This document shows positions 48,621 to 61,178 of a stretch of 64,000 nt of DNA, piece after piece (the stretch's first letter is position 1; each line of letters begins with the position of its first letter). The notes beneath the pieces are model-generated. The model saw nothing but the letters and a program-made list of their open reading frames with translations, was not told the DNA's origin and searched no databases. The stretch is from Carcharhinus amblyrhynchos. Taxonomy: Eukaryota. The stretch spans positions 19,778,001 through 19,842,000 of the forward strand of contig OZ336885.1 of NCBI GenBank assembly GCA_965287045.1, in the 5' to 3' direction. The position numbers were made by a program, and so were the translations under genes.

Positions 48621-49524
48621 ATGGCAACTAAGGATGAATAGATGAAAATATTCACTATTGTTAAAGATAAATTTACCAGATTGCCACCCTTTCAAAGATG
48701 TCTGCATTCAGAACTGTATGTATGCAAGATTAGATGATTGCAAATACTGTTTACCTGAAAACGGATTTGTTAGTTCAATTGCAAAAGAAAAAGCTAATTC
48801 CAGTCAGAGCCAGTTCTGTGTTATTGTCTTTATTCTTTCACTGCCCCACTGATATAAAGCCGAGTGCTTCATTTCGTACAAGATCCTATTAAACGATAAT
48901 TCATTTCTGATGCAAGATCAGCCTCACCAGCTCTTTTATATTTTCACTCATCTGACTGCATCCCAACCCCTGTAAACCATTCATCAGTGAAAAAAAATCA
49001 ACTCTTTCTTCATGGTGCATGTAATAGCAAAGTTAGATAAATTCGTATACACCACTTAATAACTTAGTGCATTTATTTTCACACCGGGGCTATTAGACAC
49101 TAAAAGCTTGCAAATTCATCTGCCTGACCCGTCATTGAATTTCTATACATGTTCATTACCGGAATATCCCTTCATTTTGTCAATATATTTATCTCAAGTT
49201 TTCTGCAAGAATACAGTTGTTTTCCTTTGCTAACAATGGCTTGTTTTGAAAACTTAGACACTAAGCCATCTTGAAAATGTTGCAATTTTCAAGGGGCACC
49301 CTACACCCACTTAAATTTTATGATAATTATTTGTCAGAGATGTTTCAGTGGTGAATCTTGCATTTATTGACTCTTACACATGCACAAGAAATAGGAGTGC
49401 ATTTTCAACGCAGGCAAAGCAAGGTTTATAAAGATCATTGGTCCATCAGTGCTTGTCCTGGCTATTAATTGGCATAACCTCATGTATAATCTTACCCAAT
49501 TGTTTGCAATGCTAATTGCTAATA

Positions 49525-49842
49525 TGGTGGCATAGTGGTTCGTACTGCTGCCTCATAATATCAGGATCCTGGATTCAATTTTGACCTTGGGTGACTGTCT
49601 GTGTAATATGGTTCATTCTCCCTGTGCCTGTGTGGGTTTCCTTCGGGTGCTCTGGTTTCCTCCCACAGTCTGAAGGTTAAGTCAGTTGGTCATGCTAAAT
49701 TGCCTCTTGGTGTCCCAAGCTGTGTAGGTCAGGGTGATTGGTGGGGTAAATACATGGGGTATGGAGATAAAATGTTTTGTGGGACAGTCAGTCCAGAGTT
49801 GATAGGCAGCCTCCTTTTACCCTGTAGGAATTCTATGATTCT
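49525..49842 (+). mobile_element. HE1 V-SINE, tail A (diverged)
   Basis: Head, V-domain, tail CTGTAGGAATTCTATGATTCT. Confidence 0.8.
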
Positions 49843-49845
49843 AAT

Positions 49846-50378
49846 ACAAAGAACAAAGAACAAAGAAAATTACAGCACAAGAACAGGCCCTTTGGCCCTC
49901 CAAGCCTGCACCGACTAGGCTGGCCAACTTAACTAAAACCCCTCCCACCCTTCTGGGGACTATATCCCTCTATTCCCATCCTATTCATGTACTTGCCAAG
50001 ACAGCCCTTAAAAGTCACTATCGTACCCGCTTCCACTACCTCCCCTGGCAACGAGTTCCAGCCACCCACTACTCTCTGTGTAAAAGATCTGCCTCGTACA
50101 TCCCCTTTAAACCTTGCCCCTCACATCTTAAACATATGTCCCCAAGTAATTGACTCTTCCACCCTGGGAAAAAGCTGGGGGAGGCAGAAAAACTGAATCA
50201 CAGGATCTTTACAGTGCAGAAGGAGGCCATTCAGCCCATCAGGTCTGCACTGGCTCTCTGAAAGAGCATTTTAATTAGTCCCACTTCCCTGCCTTATCTC
50301 TGTAATCTTGAACATTCTTTTCAGATAACAATCACTTTTGAACATCTCAATCGAACCTGCCTCCACTACCCTCTCAGA
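49846..50378 (-). mobile_element. Two adjacent CR1 3' stubs (49846-50176 and 50195-50378)
   Basis: (CAAAGAA)3 tail plus homology to 29541-30072; second stub starts ACAGTGCAGAAGGAGGCCATTCAGCCC. Confidence 0.8.
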
Positions 50379-50676
50379 CCAAAAAAGGGTATAAAAAAAC
50401 CAGAGAAGTACTCATCAGTCAATCTCAGAGGAAATGAGAAATGTCTTTCCAGTACTCAAGTCAAGTAAGGGTCATTTGCATTCATTTGAACAAGTTTCAT
50501 CAGTGCTGCTCTTGTGTAACAGGTTCAATGAAAATATAGGTTATATAAGTGCACAATATATGGAAAAAAGTTGAAAAATCTTAACTACATCTCATTGTAA
50601 AGGGATAAAACTCCCTGCCTTTTTCACATTCATGATAACTGCAAAGACAGCATCAACTATTTGATATGGACAATAT

Positions 50677-51803
50677 TTGATTTGATTTGATTTATTATTG
50701 CCACATGTATTAGCATACAACGAAAAATATTGTTTCTTGCACACACGCACTACAGATAGAGCATATCATTCATAGAGGAAGAAATGAGCGAGTGCAGGAT
50801 GTAGTGCTACAGTCTTAGCTCAGGGGTAGGGAAAAATCAACTTAATGCAAGGTAGATCCATTCAAAAGTCTGACAGCAGCAAGGAAGAAGCTGTTATTGA
50901 GTTGGTCCGTATGTGACCTCAGTCTTTTGTATCTTTTTCCGGACAGAAGAAGGTGGGAGAGAGATGTCCGGGGTGTGTGGGGTCCTTAATTATGCTGGCT
51001 GCTTTGCTGAAGCAGCAGGAAGTGTAGACAGAGTCAATGGATGGGAGGCTGGTTTGTGTGATGGATTGGGCAACATTCACAAAGTTTTGTAGTTCCTTGC
51101 GTTGTTGGGCAGAGCAGGAGCCATACCAAGCTGTGATACAACCAGAAAGAAATGCTTTCTCTGGTGCATCTGTGGAAATTAGTGAGAGTCATAGCTGACA
51201 TGCCAAATTTCCTTTGTCTTCAGAGAAAGTAGAGGCATTAGTGGGCTTTCTTAACTATAGTATTGGCATGGGTGGATCAGGACAGATTGTTGGTGAGCTG
51301 GACACCTAAAAGCTTGAAGCTCTCGACACTTTCTACTTCTTCCCCTTGATGTAGATAGCGGCATGTTCTCCTTTATGCCTCCTGCAGTCGATGACAATCT
51401 CCTTCGTTTTGTTGACATTGAGGGAGAGATTACTGTTGCCACACCAGTTCACCAGATTTTCTATCTCATTCCTGTGCTTTGTCACATCATTGTTTGAAAT
51501 CCGACCCACTACGGTGGTGTTGTCAGCAAACTTGAAAATGGAGTTAGAGGAGAATTAGTGCCACACAGTCATAGGTGTATAAGGAGTATCGTAGGGGACT
51601 GAGAACATAGCCTTGAAGGGCACTGGTGTCAAGGATGGTCGTGGAAGAGATGTTGTTGCCTGTTCTTACTGATTGTGGTCTGTGGGTTAGGAAGCTCATG
51701 ATCCAGATGCAGAGGGAGGAGCCAAGGCCCAGGCCACAGAGTTTGGCAATGAGTTTCACAGGAATAATAGTGTTGAAGGCTGAGCTGTAGTCAATAAATA
51801 TTG
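50677..51803 (-). mobile_element. Rex1/Babar LINE 3' fragment
   Basis: [36 protein letters not shown]; (AAATC)n tail. Confidence 0.92.
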
Positions 51804-52635
51804 ACAATATAGTCAATAATATTGGATAATCTGAAATAAGCATTGTTCACTGTAACTCCCCTCCCCCAATCTGGAATGCATGGAACCAAGTCATTTCTGG
51901 ATTTTTGGAATTTTCTGTGTTATAAGATAATATTAGAATACCTAAGCACAAGTGCATTGGAACACATCATATCTATCGACCTGAAGTGTAAATCAGAAAT
52001 GAAATATCATAAAGCAGTGTTAAAAAATTGTTTTATTTATCCAAATACTGTTCCTTCTGTGTTTACGCTCGCAAAGTTCAATACTAAAAGAATATCATGA
52101 ATTCCTCGGGACTTGCAAATAATACAGCTGCATTCACAAAAGGTTGTGAGGTGCGTCTGATGGAGAGGCGGTTGGGGATAGGGGAATGAAGGAATAAATC
52201 AGATAAATGCAAGCCAATCAGTCTGAACAGCAGTGGTAGAATAAGTACTGGAGACCATTGTTAAGGACAAAATTAATTCACAGCATGAATTCATAAGGGA
52301 CAGCAAGCATGCATTTGTTACGTACAAATAGTGCCTGACCAACCTGATTGAGTTCTTTGATGAAGAAACAGGTTGATGAGGGCAGTACAGGAGGTGTTTT
52401 ATCAGTAGAATTTTTCAAGGTATTTGATAAAGTCCCACATAATAGAGCTATTCTGTAAATAGAATCATGTAACTAAAGAGTTGGTGGTAAGTTGGGTCCT
52501 TAATTGGCTAAGGAATAGGAGGCAAAGATTAGTAGTGAATGGATGTTTTTCATACTGAGGAGAAATATGCAGTGGATTTCTCTACGGGTGGAAATCAGAA
52601 CAATTGGCTTTCTTGTGAAAGGCCTGGACTTGAAT

Positions 52636-52725
52636 ATAAGAACATAAGAACATAAGAAATAGGAGCAGGAGTAGGCCATCTAGCCCTTCGAGCCTGCCCC
52701 GCCATTCAATAAGATCATGGCTGAT
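52636..52725 (-). mobile_element. 90-bp 3'-UTR stub of the young CR1 family
   Basis: (AACATAAG)n plus AAATAGGAGCAGGAGTAGGCCATCTAGCCC, nearly identical to 53162-53255. Confidence 0.9.
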
Positions 52726-53117
52726 GATATGGATGACAATTTCAATATCTGTGGGTAATAGTAAACTTTGCAATATGGTAAATGGTGAAAAGGATCGTAG
52801 CAGATTTCAGGTCATAAACAGACCAGTGAAAAAGGCAGACACATAACAGAAGCAAATAAAGTGTAAAGAAATGCACCCCTCAAGATTTCAGGTAGCAGGA
52901 CAAATTAATAAGGTATTAAGAAACTATGGATGACTTGTAAACAGGGCTTTGAAAACAAAAATAAGGAAATCATGTTAAACTTTTGCAATAGCCTGGTTTA
53001 AAGTTCTGCCGATGTGGTGTGTATACTAAATGCAATTCTTGGCACTACTATTAAGGAAGGATCTCAAAGCCTTGGAGAGAGGTTTACCAGTTTCAGTTAT
53101 ATGGAGAGATTTCAGAA

Positions 53118-53955
53118 GCTGAGTTATTGCCTGTATGGAGTTTGCATTTTCACCCGTGTTTGAACATAAGAACATAAGAACATAAGAAATAGGAGCAGGA
53201 GTAGGCCATCTAGCCCCTCGAGCCTGCCCCGCCATTCAATAAGATCATGGCTGATCTGTCGTGGCTCAGTTCCACATTCCCGCCCTCTCCCCATAACCCC
53301 TCGCTTATCAAAAACCCATCGACCCTGTCTTAAAAATATTGAGCGAGGCAGCCTCCATCACTTCAACGGGCAGAGAATTCCAGAGATTCACCACCCTTTG
53401 AGTGAAGAAGTTCCTCCTCAACTCCGTTCTAAACCGCGCCCCCCCCCCCCCCCTTTATCTTGAGGCTGTGCCCCCTAGTCCTACTGTCCTTTCTGAGCGG
53501 GAAGAGTCTCTCCACCTCTATCCTATCCGTCCCATTCATCATCTCATATGTCTCAATGAGATCTTCCCTCATTCTTCTAACGAGTACAAGCCTAGTTTAT
53601 TCACCCTCTCCTCATAGCTCAACCCCCTCAACTCCGGTATCAGCCTAGTAAACCTCCTCTGCACTCCCTCCAAGGCCAAAATATCCTTGCGTAAGTGCGG
53701 CGCCCAAAACTGCTCACAGTACTCCAGCTGCGGCCTCACCAATGCCCTATACAGCTGAGTTTCCTCCGAGTACTCTGGTTTCCTCCCACAGTCCAAAAGG
53801 CATGCTCGTTAGATGCATTGGTTATGCTAAATTCTCCCTCAGTGTACCCGAATGGAAGCTGGAATGTGGCAACCAAGGGATTTTCACAGTAACTTCAGTG
53901 CAGTGTTAATGTAAGCCTACTTGTGACACTAATACATAAACTTAAATTTAAACTT
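53118..53955 (+). mobile_element. V-SINE, tail B (headless), split by a young CR1
   Basis: TGGAGTTTGCATTTTCACCCGTGTTTG resumes as TGAGTTTCCTCCGAGTACTCTGG; tail B at 53860-53945. Confidence 0.85.
53162..53757 (-). mobile_element. Young CR1 3' fragment with small indels
   Basis: QLYRALVRPQLEYCEQFWAPHLRKD; same family as 42619 and 59536. Confidence 0.95.
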
Positions 53956-55013
53956 AGATTGTTCTCCTTGGAGTAGAGAATAATAAGGGGAGACCTAATA
54001 GAGGTATTCAAATTACAAGGGGTTTTGATGGAACTGGTAGGGAGAAATTATTCCTTCTGGCAAGTGGTTTGGCAAACCAAGGTCAGAGATTTAAAATAAT
54101 TGGCAGAAGAGAAATTAGAGGGTTTTTGTTACATGAGGTTGTTAAGATCCGGAATGAGCTACCTAAGAAGGTGAAGGGTATCCGATTCTATCAGAGATTT
54201 CAAAAGACAATTGGACATGTACCTGCAGAGGATAATTTGCAGAGCTAAGGAGGGAAATAGCTCAAGTTTTGAACTAACCTGGACAGTTTTTTGACACGAT
54301 GGGCCAAAGGTGCTGTAAGGTTCTATAATTTGGTCAGGTTGGCTGGGATCCATTCTTGGGAGTTCATTGGCCATGCAAGCTGAGTTGATGGTTAATCCCT
54401 CCCTGACCACGGAAGTACATTCCCCGTCAGTGGAGGCTCACTCTTTCTCTCCATGCAGGCTCACGGCCTAAATATAGAGACTCTTTCCCTGTTAATGGTG
54501 ACTCACTGATCAAGCTTAAAGAGCAGTTTTCAGGGCTTCAGTGGAAATTCAATTGAGCGACTTACATAAATCTTATCATGTAATTTTCCTGACTTGTGAA
54601 TTAGGTTAAAATTACTGCTTGCACAGTATCTCAGTTATAATGGAACCCCTTTCATAATGAGCACTGAGTGACTCCTACAGGATATTATAATGAGGGCCTT
54701 CTGTATTTGATTTTGTTTTGCTCTTACTTCAATAGGGATTGAGATCTGGAAAAAAACGTTGCTTTTACTTATGTGTTGAATCCACAATTACCCTCATGCT
54801 TTCTATCTCTTTGGCAATACCTAGGGATGCAGACTGTAAATTGGTTGCAGAAGTATACAAAACATATGATTTCAAACTATGATCCATGCTTTGGGAAAAA
54901 AAAACTGGTAATAATTTCTTCAGAGAAAAGTTCCAATGGGACTACTGTAGACTGAGTGATTATAAAAACTGTCATGGCTAGGACATACATTGTGAGAAAT
55001 TGCTACTGCATAC

Positions 55014-55340
55014 TGGCAGCACTGTGGCACCGTGGTTAGCACTGCTGCCTCACAGTACCAGGGACCCGGGTTCAATTCGGTCCTCAGGTCACTGTCTGTG
55101 CCCAGTTTGCACATTCTTTCCACGTCTGCTTGGGTTGCCTCCGCGTGTTCTGGTTTTCTCCCACACTCCAAAAATGTGCGGGTTACGTTGTTTGGCCGTG
55201 CTAAATTGCTCCTCAGTATCAGGGACTAGCAGAGTAAACAGGAGACGGTTAAGGGGATAGGGCCTGGGTGGGACTGTTGTCGGTGCATGATTGGTGGGTT
55301 GAATAGGCTCTTTCTGCACTGTACGGATTGTATGATTCTA
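55014..55340 (+). mobile_element. HE1 V-SINE, tail A
   Basis: Head, V-domain, CR1-like tail. Confidence 0.88.
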
Positions 55341-55449
55341 CTCTGTGATGTGCATTACATCATGAGGTGAGAATTCTCAATTTCCTGAGGTGTACTGGCT
55401 ACAAATATCCCACCTATTTGGAAAAGCCAGATTCTGGAATTGCTCATCT

Positions 55450-55563
55450 GGGCAAATTTTCCCTTTCTGCCTGCCAGGGGAGTCGGAGTGGATAAGGGGT
55501 GGACCATGAAAAGGTCCATTGATTTTCTGGTTTTGGGGCAAGCGCGGCTAGAAAAGCCTGCCC
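55450..55563. mobile_element. Harbinger-type MITE
   Basis: GGGCAAATTTTCC ... GAAAAGCCTGCCC; internal AAGGTCCATTGA shared with 14570-14701. Confidence 0.5.
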
Positions 55564-56915
55564 CATATCTTGAAACCTGCTGCATTGCAGTATTGATGAG
55601 TACTTAAATGATGGGGCTGGCAAGGAAACCTAACCAGCGTCCCTTTGTGATAGCCATTAAAGCATTCCAAGTGAGTGAGTAGCCGCAATGTATGGTTGCT
55701 GCACCGCTATGCAGCATTTAAATAGTTGCAGCGTAAATGCACCGATTTACCACATCTGCATTCTGAACATAACATGTAACGGGCTGATCCCTTGGGACAG
55801 GATACGCTGTTGCCAAAACTGATTTTAGTCAGGATTGCTTGTGCTATTATAAGTATAAATAGTGTGTGAAATCGAACATTTATTCTAAGTAAGATCTATT
55901 TTGTTCAGACAGATGCAGTGACATTTCTAATTATCTTTTGCAATCAATATTTAGTATTCTTGGCATCCACTGCTCCTAATGTACATTAAAGTTGGAAGAA
56001 CTGAGCGTTGCTTCAGTGACCTGCAGTACACCTTTAAATGCGACAGATTCTGCCACAAATTAGGGGGATGTGAAGAATTGAGGGATGTGGTTTTATGGGC
56101 ATGTTTTTGTTTGAAATACAGCAACACGCCAAGTGTTTACAATATCACTAATCTAATTTCAGTGCAATTTTCATGACACAGCAGCAAAAATAATCCTGTG
56201 TTTGAGGTCAAACCAGTGACAGTGTTTAACAATAAGAATGCACTCTGTTGTATGGCAATTTGCTTTGCCATTTATTTATTAAGATAGTTAGAGGCTTGCC
56301 AACTTCTGATGACTGCTCTGGAGATTGGCATTAAAAGGGATGGTAAATATAGAAAAAAAGTGTTCAGATATTATTTTTTTCCCTTCTTCATTGCTGCTGG
56401 TATTTTGTCTCAACGAACTTTGTGCTTTCATCCTATGAAAGCAGAATTTATTAGCATTATTATTCTGCTATTTTATTAGCTGAAGCTCAGTAATACCAAT
56501 TAAGGACCAGTTAATGTCAGCAACTGCTCCTTTCCATTGGGCGTGATAAAGTCTTCAATAGCAGCTAGTGCTACTGACCTGAGTAGAAGTTACTGCATCT
56601 CTGGGAACATTATACATACCATTGAGCATTACAGCTGCATAATATGTTGCCTTGCATCATGGCAGGAGATCTATTCAGAACTCCACACGAAGATCTCACA
56701 ACTAACTGCACTAGTTACTCTCGGAGCTGTGCATATGAGTCAAGAAGCAATGACTTGACTGTGACACAGAAGCTGTGTGTTGCCAGACAGAGCCTTCCAA
56801 GGGAATTGCTTGCAGGCCCTGACATCTTTAGCAGCTCGGAGAGCTTTCAGTAGTCACTATTGTTCTGTTTTTTTTAATGATCCAGGATCTTGCTAAGTAA
56901 GAGGCTCAAATTATG

Positions 56916-57151
56916 GGGTGGGATTTTACGGCCTCCCTCATCCTGAAACCGTAAAATCCCGTCTGAAGTCAACAGACCTTCCCATTGTCTGCTTCGACTC
57001 CCATGGTGGGCAGGGTGGTAAAATTCCAGCAGAATTTTACTGCCCCACCCACCACGGAATTAGAGTGGGCAAGGGACGGATGATGGAAATGTCTGTGGAC
57101 CTCAGGCAGGAATTTCCGTTCTCACTTGACCAAAGTCATAAAATCCCACCC
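56916..57151. mobile_element. Inverted dimer of the short Harbinger-type MITE
   Basis: GGGTGGGATTTTACGGC ... GTCATAAAATCCCACCC; central junction GGTAAAATTCCAGCAGAATTTTACTGCCC. Confidence 0.65.
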
Positions 57152-57807
57152 ATAATCTCTAAATGATTATAATGATTTATGGAAAAAGAGTACATAATAT
57201 GAAAGAAATACAAACAACACGTCTCACGCCCTTTGGCCCGTGGGGGACTCCAGATATGACAGCTGGTGCGGCGCTCGAGTGGTCCTGGCACTGTTCATGA
57301 TGGCGGAGTTGAAGTTCAATATACCAGGGTCAAAGTCCCCATTTTACAGGGTGGCACAAACAACTTCTGTATGAGACTTGGTATGAACTTGCTTGGGAAA
57401 CAATACGTAAAGAAAGTAGCAGGTCAACAAGACCTGTGATTACAGTGATACTATCATATGGTGCAGAACACAGCAGTTTCCCATGCTTACATTTCCATAG
57501 CAAGAGTGTTGCTACGTTGGCTGGCAAATATATTAACTCTTTACTTTCTATACATTTATCTTCTCTTTGGACAATAAGTGTACCCCGTTTTTATTTTCAG
57601 TTGTAAACTGCTTCCGTCTCCAATGCTGAGCAGTGTCTGGCTGATGTGCTGTTCAGCCATCCCACCTATTAACTTCAGCCTATAGGGTAGCACATGCCAT
57701 CCCAAATGCAATAATGTTTATGCCTCTCTTGAATACAGGGCATTCTGAAATACAAGAATAGAGTAGGGCAATACAGCCCTTCCAGCTTGTCCTGCTATTC
57801 TGGGGGA

Positions 57808-58578
57808 TAGAGTCATAGAGATTTACAGCGTGGAAGCAGGCCCTTTGGTCCAACTTTGCCCATGCTGCTCTTGTTTTTAAACCCTTAAACTAATTCCAAT
57901 TGCCCACATTTGGCCCATATCCCTCTATACCCATCTTACCCATGTGACTGTCTAAACGTTTTTTATAAGACAAAATTGTACCCGCCTCTACTACTACCTC
58001 TGGCAGCTCGTTCCAGATACTCAGCATCCTCTGTGTGAAAAAATTGCCTCTCTGGACACTTTTGTATCTCTCCCGTCTCACCTTAAACCTATGCCCTCTA
58101 GTTTAAGATTCCCCTACCAATGGGCAAAGATATTGATTATCTAGCTGATCTGTGCCCCTCACTATTTTATAGAGCCCTATAAGATCATTCCTCAGCCTTC
58201 TGTGTTCCAGAGAAAAAACGTCCTAGTCTATCCAGCCACTCCTTATAACTCAAACCATCAAATCCCGGTGGCATCCTAGTAAATCTTTACTGCACTCTTT
58301 CTAGTTTAATAATATCCTTTCTATAATAGGATGACCAGGACTGTACACAATATTTCAAGTGTGGCCTTACTAATGCCTTGTACAACTTTAACAATACGTC
58401 CCAACTCCTGTATTCAATATTCTGATCAGTGAAACCAAGCATACTGAATGCCTTCTTCACCACTCTGTCCACCTGTGACTCCACTTTCAAGGAACTGTGA
58501 ACATGTACCCTGAGAACTCTTTGTTCTGTAACTCTCTCCAACGCCCTACCATTAACTGAGTAAGTCCTGCCCTGGTTG
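57808..58578 (-). mobile_element. CR1 3' fragment
   Basis: LKVESQVDRVVKKAF..LYKALVRPHLKYCVQ; FFTQRMLSIWNELP. Confidence 0.92.
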
Positions 58579-58799
58579 GATAATGGCTTTTCAGTGAGCT
58601 GACTCCACCTTAAGTTCTATGTCCCGTTTCAGGTAGTCAATAGTTGACTGTGCTGGATTGGTTACTCAGGTGCAGTTCACTAATGCCAAAAACAGTCAGT
58701 CAAAAGGGATTTGACTTGGTTGATGCATCAATGCAATGTACCTAGGATTATCCCTGATTGCTGAGCACTTCTTTTGATTCATACAATTTGCATTATTCA

Positions 58800-59060
58800 T
58801 ATGTTACCGAACTCAGCCACAATTGAATGCTGTAATAGAGTCATGATGGAAGGTTTCAGGGAGACAATTAAATAATTGGATAACTTTTTTTGTATAGTTG
58901 AATGATAAAGGAATGTTGGTTGGGATACAGAGTAAAATTCCCTGATATTCTTTGAATAACGCAGTGAAATATCTTAGGCCTACCTGGCTGTACAAATGCA
59001 GCCTTGGTTTAATTCCTGCTATTGCAACACTCCCTCAGAAATACGCCATGAAATTGGACT
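58800..59060 (-). mobile_element. DeuSINE remnant
   Basis: GCCTTGGTTTAAT, GCAACACTCCCTCAGAAATAC and AATGTTGG..AAATTCCCTGATATTCTTTGAATA resemble the reversed Deu domain. Confidence 0.4.
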
Positions 59061-59535
59061 CAGGCAACCCTCAAACAACATCTTGTTTTACATCCAGCCC
59101 AACATTAGTTTCCACAGGCTCCCAATTCCCTAATGCCTGTTTCATGCTACAGCTAAAAAACATCCCGAAAATGTTTTGACAGGAGTGAATTTTGAGAAAT
59201 AACTAAAATGTTTGAAGGATAGTTCCTCTGAATTAACATGCCAGTTTGAAACTAATCTTACAAGTTAGTTTTTACACATACAAGTATATCTAAAACTGAA
59301 ACTCACCAATAATGAACCAACAGAGAATTTCCTTCACGACTTCAAAAACCCACAAAAGATCCCAAATCATACAGGATAAATATTTTGGGTTAAACTCTGG
59401 AAGATGTAAGGCTGCATCACAGTAGGAGTGCACAGGGAGCAAAATTCCTGGATGTACATTCTGATAAAGTCATTTTATGTTTGCAGGCAATGTTTGTAAT
59501 GTTTAATCCAATGTTTCTGGGCAGGAAGGATCTAG

Positions 59536-60408
59536 CAGAAGGATCTAGATAGGCTGGGCGAATGGGCCAGGAAATGGCAAATGGAATTTAATGTTGGCAA
59601 GTGTGAGGTGGTCCACTTTGGTAGGAAGAATGGTAGGAAGGACTATTACTTACGTGGCGAAAAACTGCAGCAGGCGACGGTGCAGAGGGACCTCGGGGTC
59701 CTTGTGCATGAGTCGCAAAAACCCAGCCTGCAGGTGCAGCAGGTGGTCAGGAAGGCGAATGGGATGCTGGCCTTCATAGCGAGGGGGATTGAATATAAAA
59801 GTAGGGAGGTCTTGCTGCAGCTGTATAGGGCATTGGTGAGGCCGCAGCTGGAGTACTGTGTGCAGTTTTGGGCGCCGCACCTGCGCAAGGATATTTTGGC
59901 CTTGGAGGGAGTGCAGAGGAGGTTTACTAGGCTGATACCGGAGTTGAGGGGGTTGAGCTATGAGGAGAGGCTGAATAAACTAGGCTTGTACTCGTTAGAG
60001 TTTAGAAGAATGAGGGGAGATCTCATTGAGACGTATAAGATGATGAATGGGATGGATAGGATAGAGGTGGAAAGACTCTTCCCGCTCAAAAAAGACAGTA
60101 GGACTAGGGGGCACAGCCTCAAGATAAAGGGGGGGCAGTTCAGAACGGAGTTGAGGAGGAACTTCTTCACTCAAAGGGTGGTGAATCTCTGGAATTCTCT
60201 GCCCGTTGAAGTGGTGGAGGCTGCCTCGCTAAATATTTTTAAGAAGCGGGTTGATGGGTTTTTGATAAGAGAGGGGATTAAGGGTTATGGGGAGAGGGCG
60301 GGAAAGTGGAACTGAGCCACGACAGATCAGCCATGATCTTATTGAATGGCGGGGCAGGCTCGAAGGGCCAGATGGCCTACTCCTGCTCCTATTTCTTATG
60401 TTCTTATG
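59536..60408 (+). mobile_element. Very young CR1 3' fragment with an uninterrupted ORF2 C-terminus
   Basis: QKDLDRLGEWARKWQMEFNVGKC..GERAGKWN* (ORF 59581-60315); TTCTTATG tail. Confidence 0.97.
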
Positions 60409-60824
60409 AATGGATGCTGTAAATCATGTGACATTCATTCCCCTTTGAAGATAATGGGAGCTTATGAATGAAGTTCAGTGTGTTTGAACCCTGATGGTCA
60501 ATGATGTGCTTGCACAGTTGAACTCCCAATATTTGCAGTCGAAAGTACGGTAGAGATATCTTCCTTGGATAATTGGACCAATGGACAGAATAATCTGTTA
60601 CTTTTAGATAACGTTAGGTGTGAAGATTTTGTTTGGTGACTACATATGACAACATTGAAAATAAATGCCAGAAAATTTCCTTTGGTTATTCTAATAAAAT
60701 TGTAACATGTTCAGAAAGCATTTTTGGCATAAATTGCTTTGTTTCACAAATGTAAAAAGCAGTTTTTTTTTTCATTTTGTCCTCCTTGACTATGAATGCC
60801 TGTAGAAACAACACAGTGCAAGAT

Positions 60825-61170
60825 TTTTTTTTATTCATTCATGGGACATGGGCATCATTGGCTAGCCAGGATCTATTTTCCATCCTAGTTGACAGTCAAC
60901 CACATTGAGGTGGCTCTGGAATCATATGTAGGCTAGGCCAGGTAGTGTGGCAGATTTCCTTTCCCAAAGGACATTAGTGATCCAGATGGGTTTTTCTGAC
61001 AATTGACAATCTTTTCATGGTCATCAATATATTCTTAATTCCAGCTATCTTTTATTGAATTCAAGTTTTACCATCTGTCGTGGTGGGATTCGAGCTTGGG
61101 TCCCCAGAATATTAGCTGACTTTCTGGATTAATAATCTAGCAATAATACCACTAGGCCATAGCCTCTCCC
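60825..61170 (-). mobile_element. tRNA-derived SINE family 2, full length
   Basis: Head GGGAGAGGCTATGGCCTAGTGGTATTATTGCTAG; homologous to 45320-45683. Confidence 0.85.
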
Positions 61171-61178
61171 TGAAACAA

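Larger units (their letters stand above)
52195..54330 (+). mobile_element. Old CR1 (RT to 3' end) hosting nested insertions
   Basis: CLTNLIEFFDE, FDKVPH and FSLE*RIIRGDLIEVF remnants are collinear across the inserts. Confidence 0.75.

Noticed and set aside
50405-50505. Minus-strand CTGATGA and GAAA motifs as a permuted hammerhead ribozyme
   Set aside because: The fold needs extra bases inside the core at both the helix I and helix II junctions; probably chance
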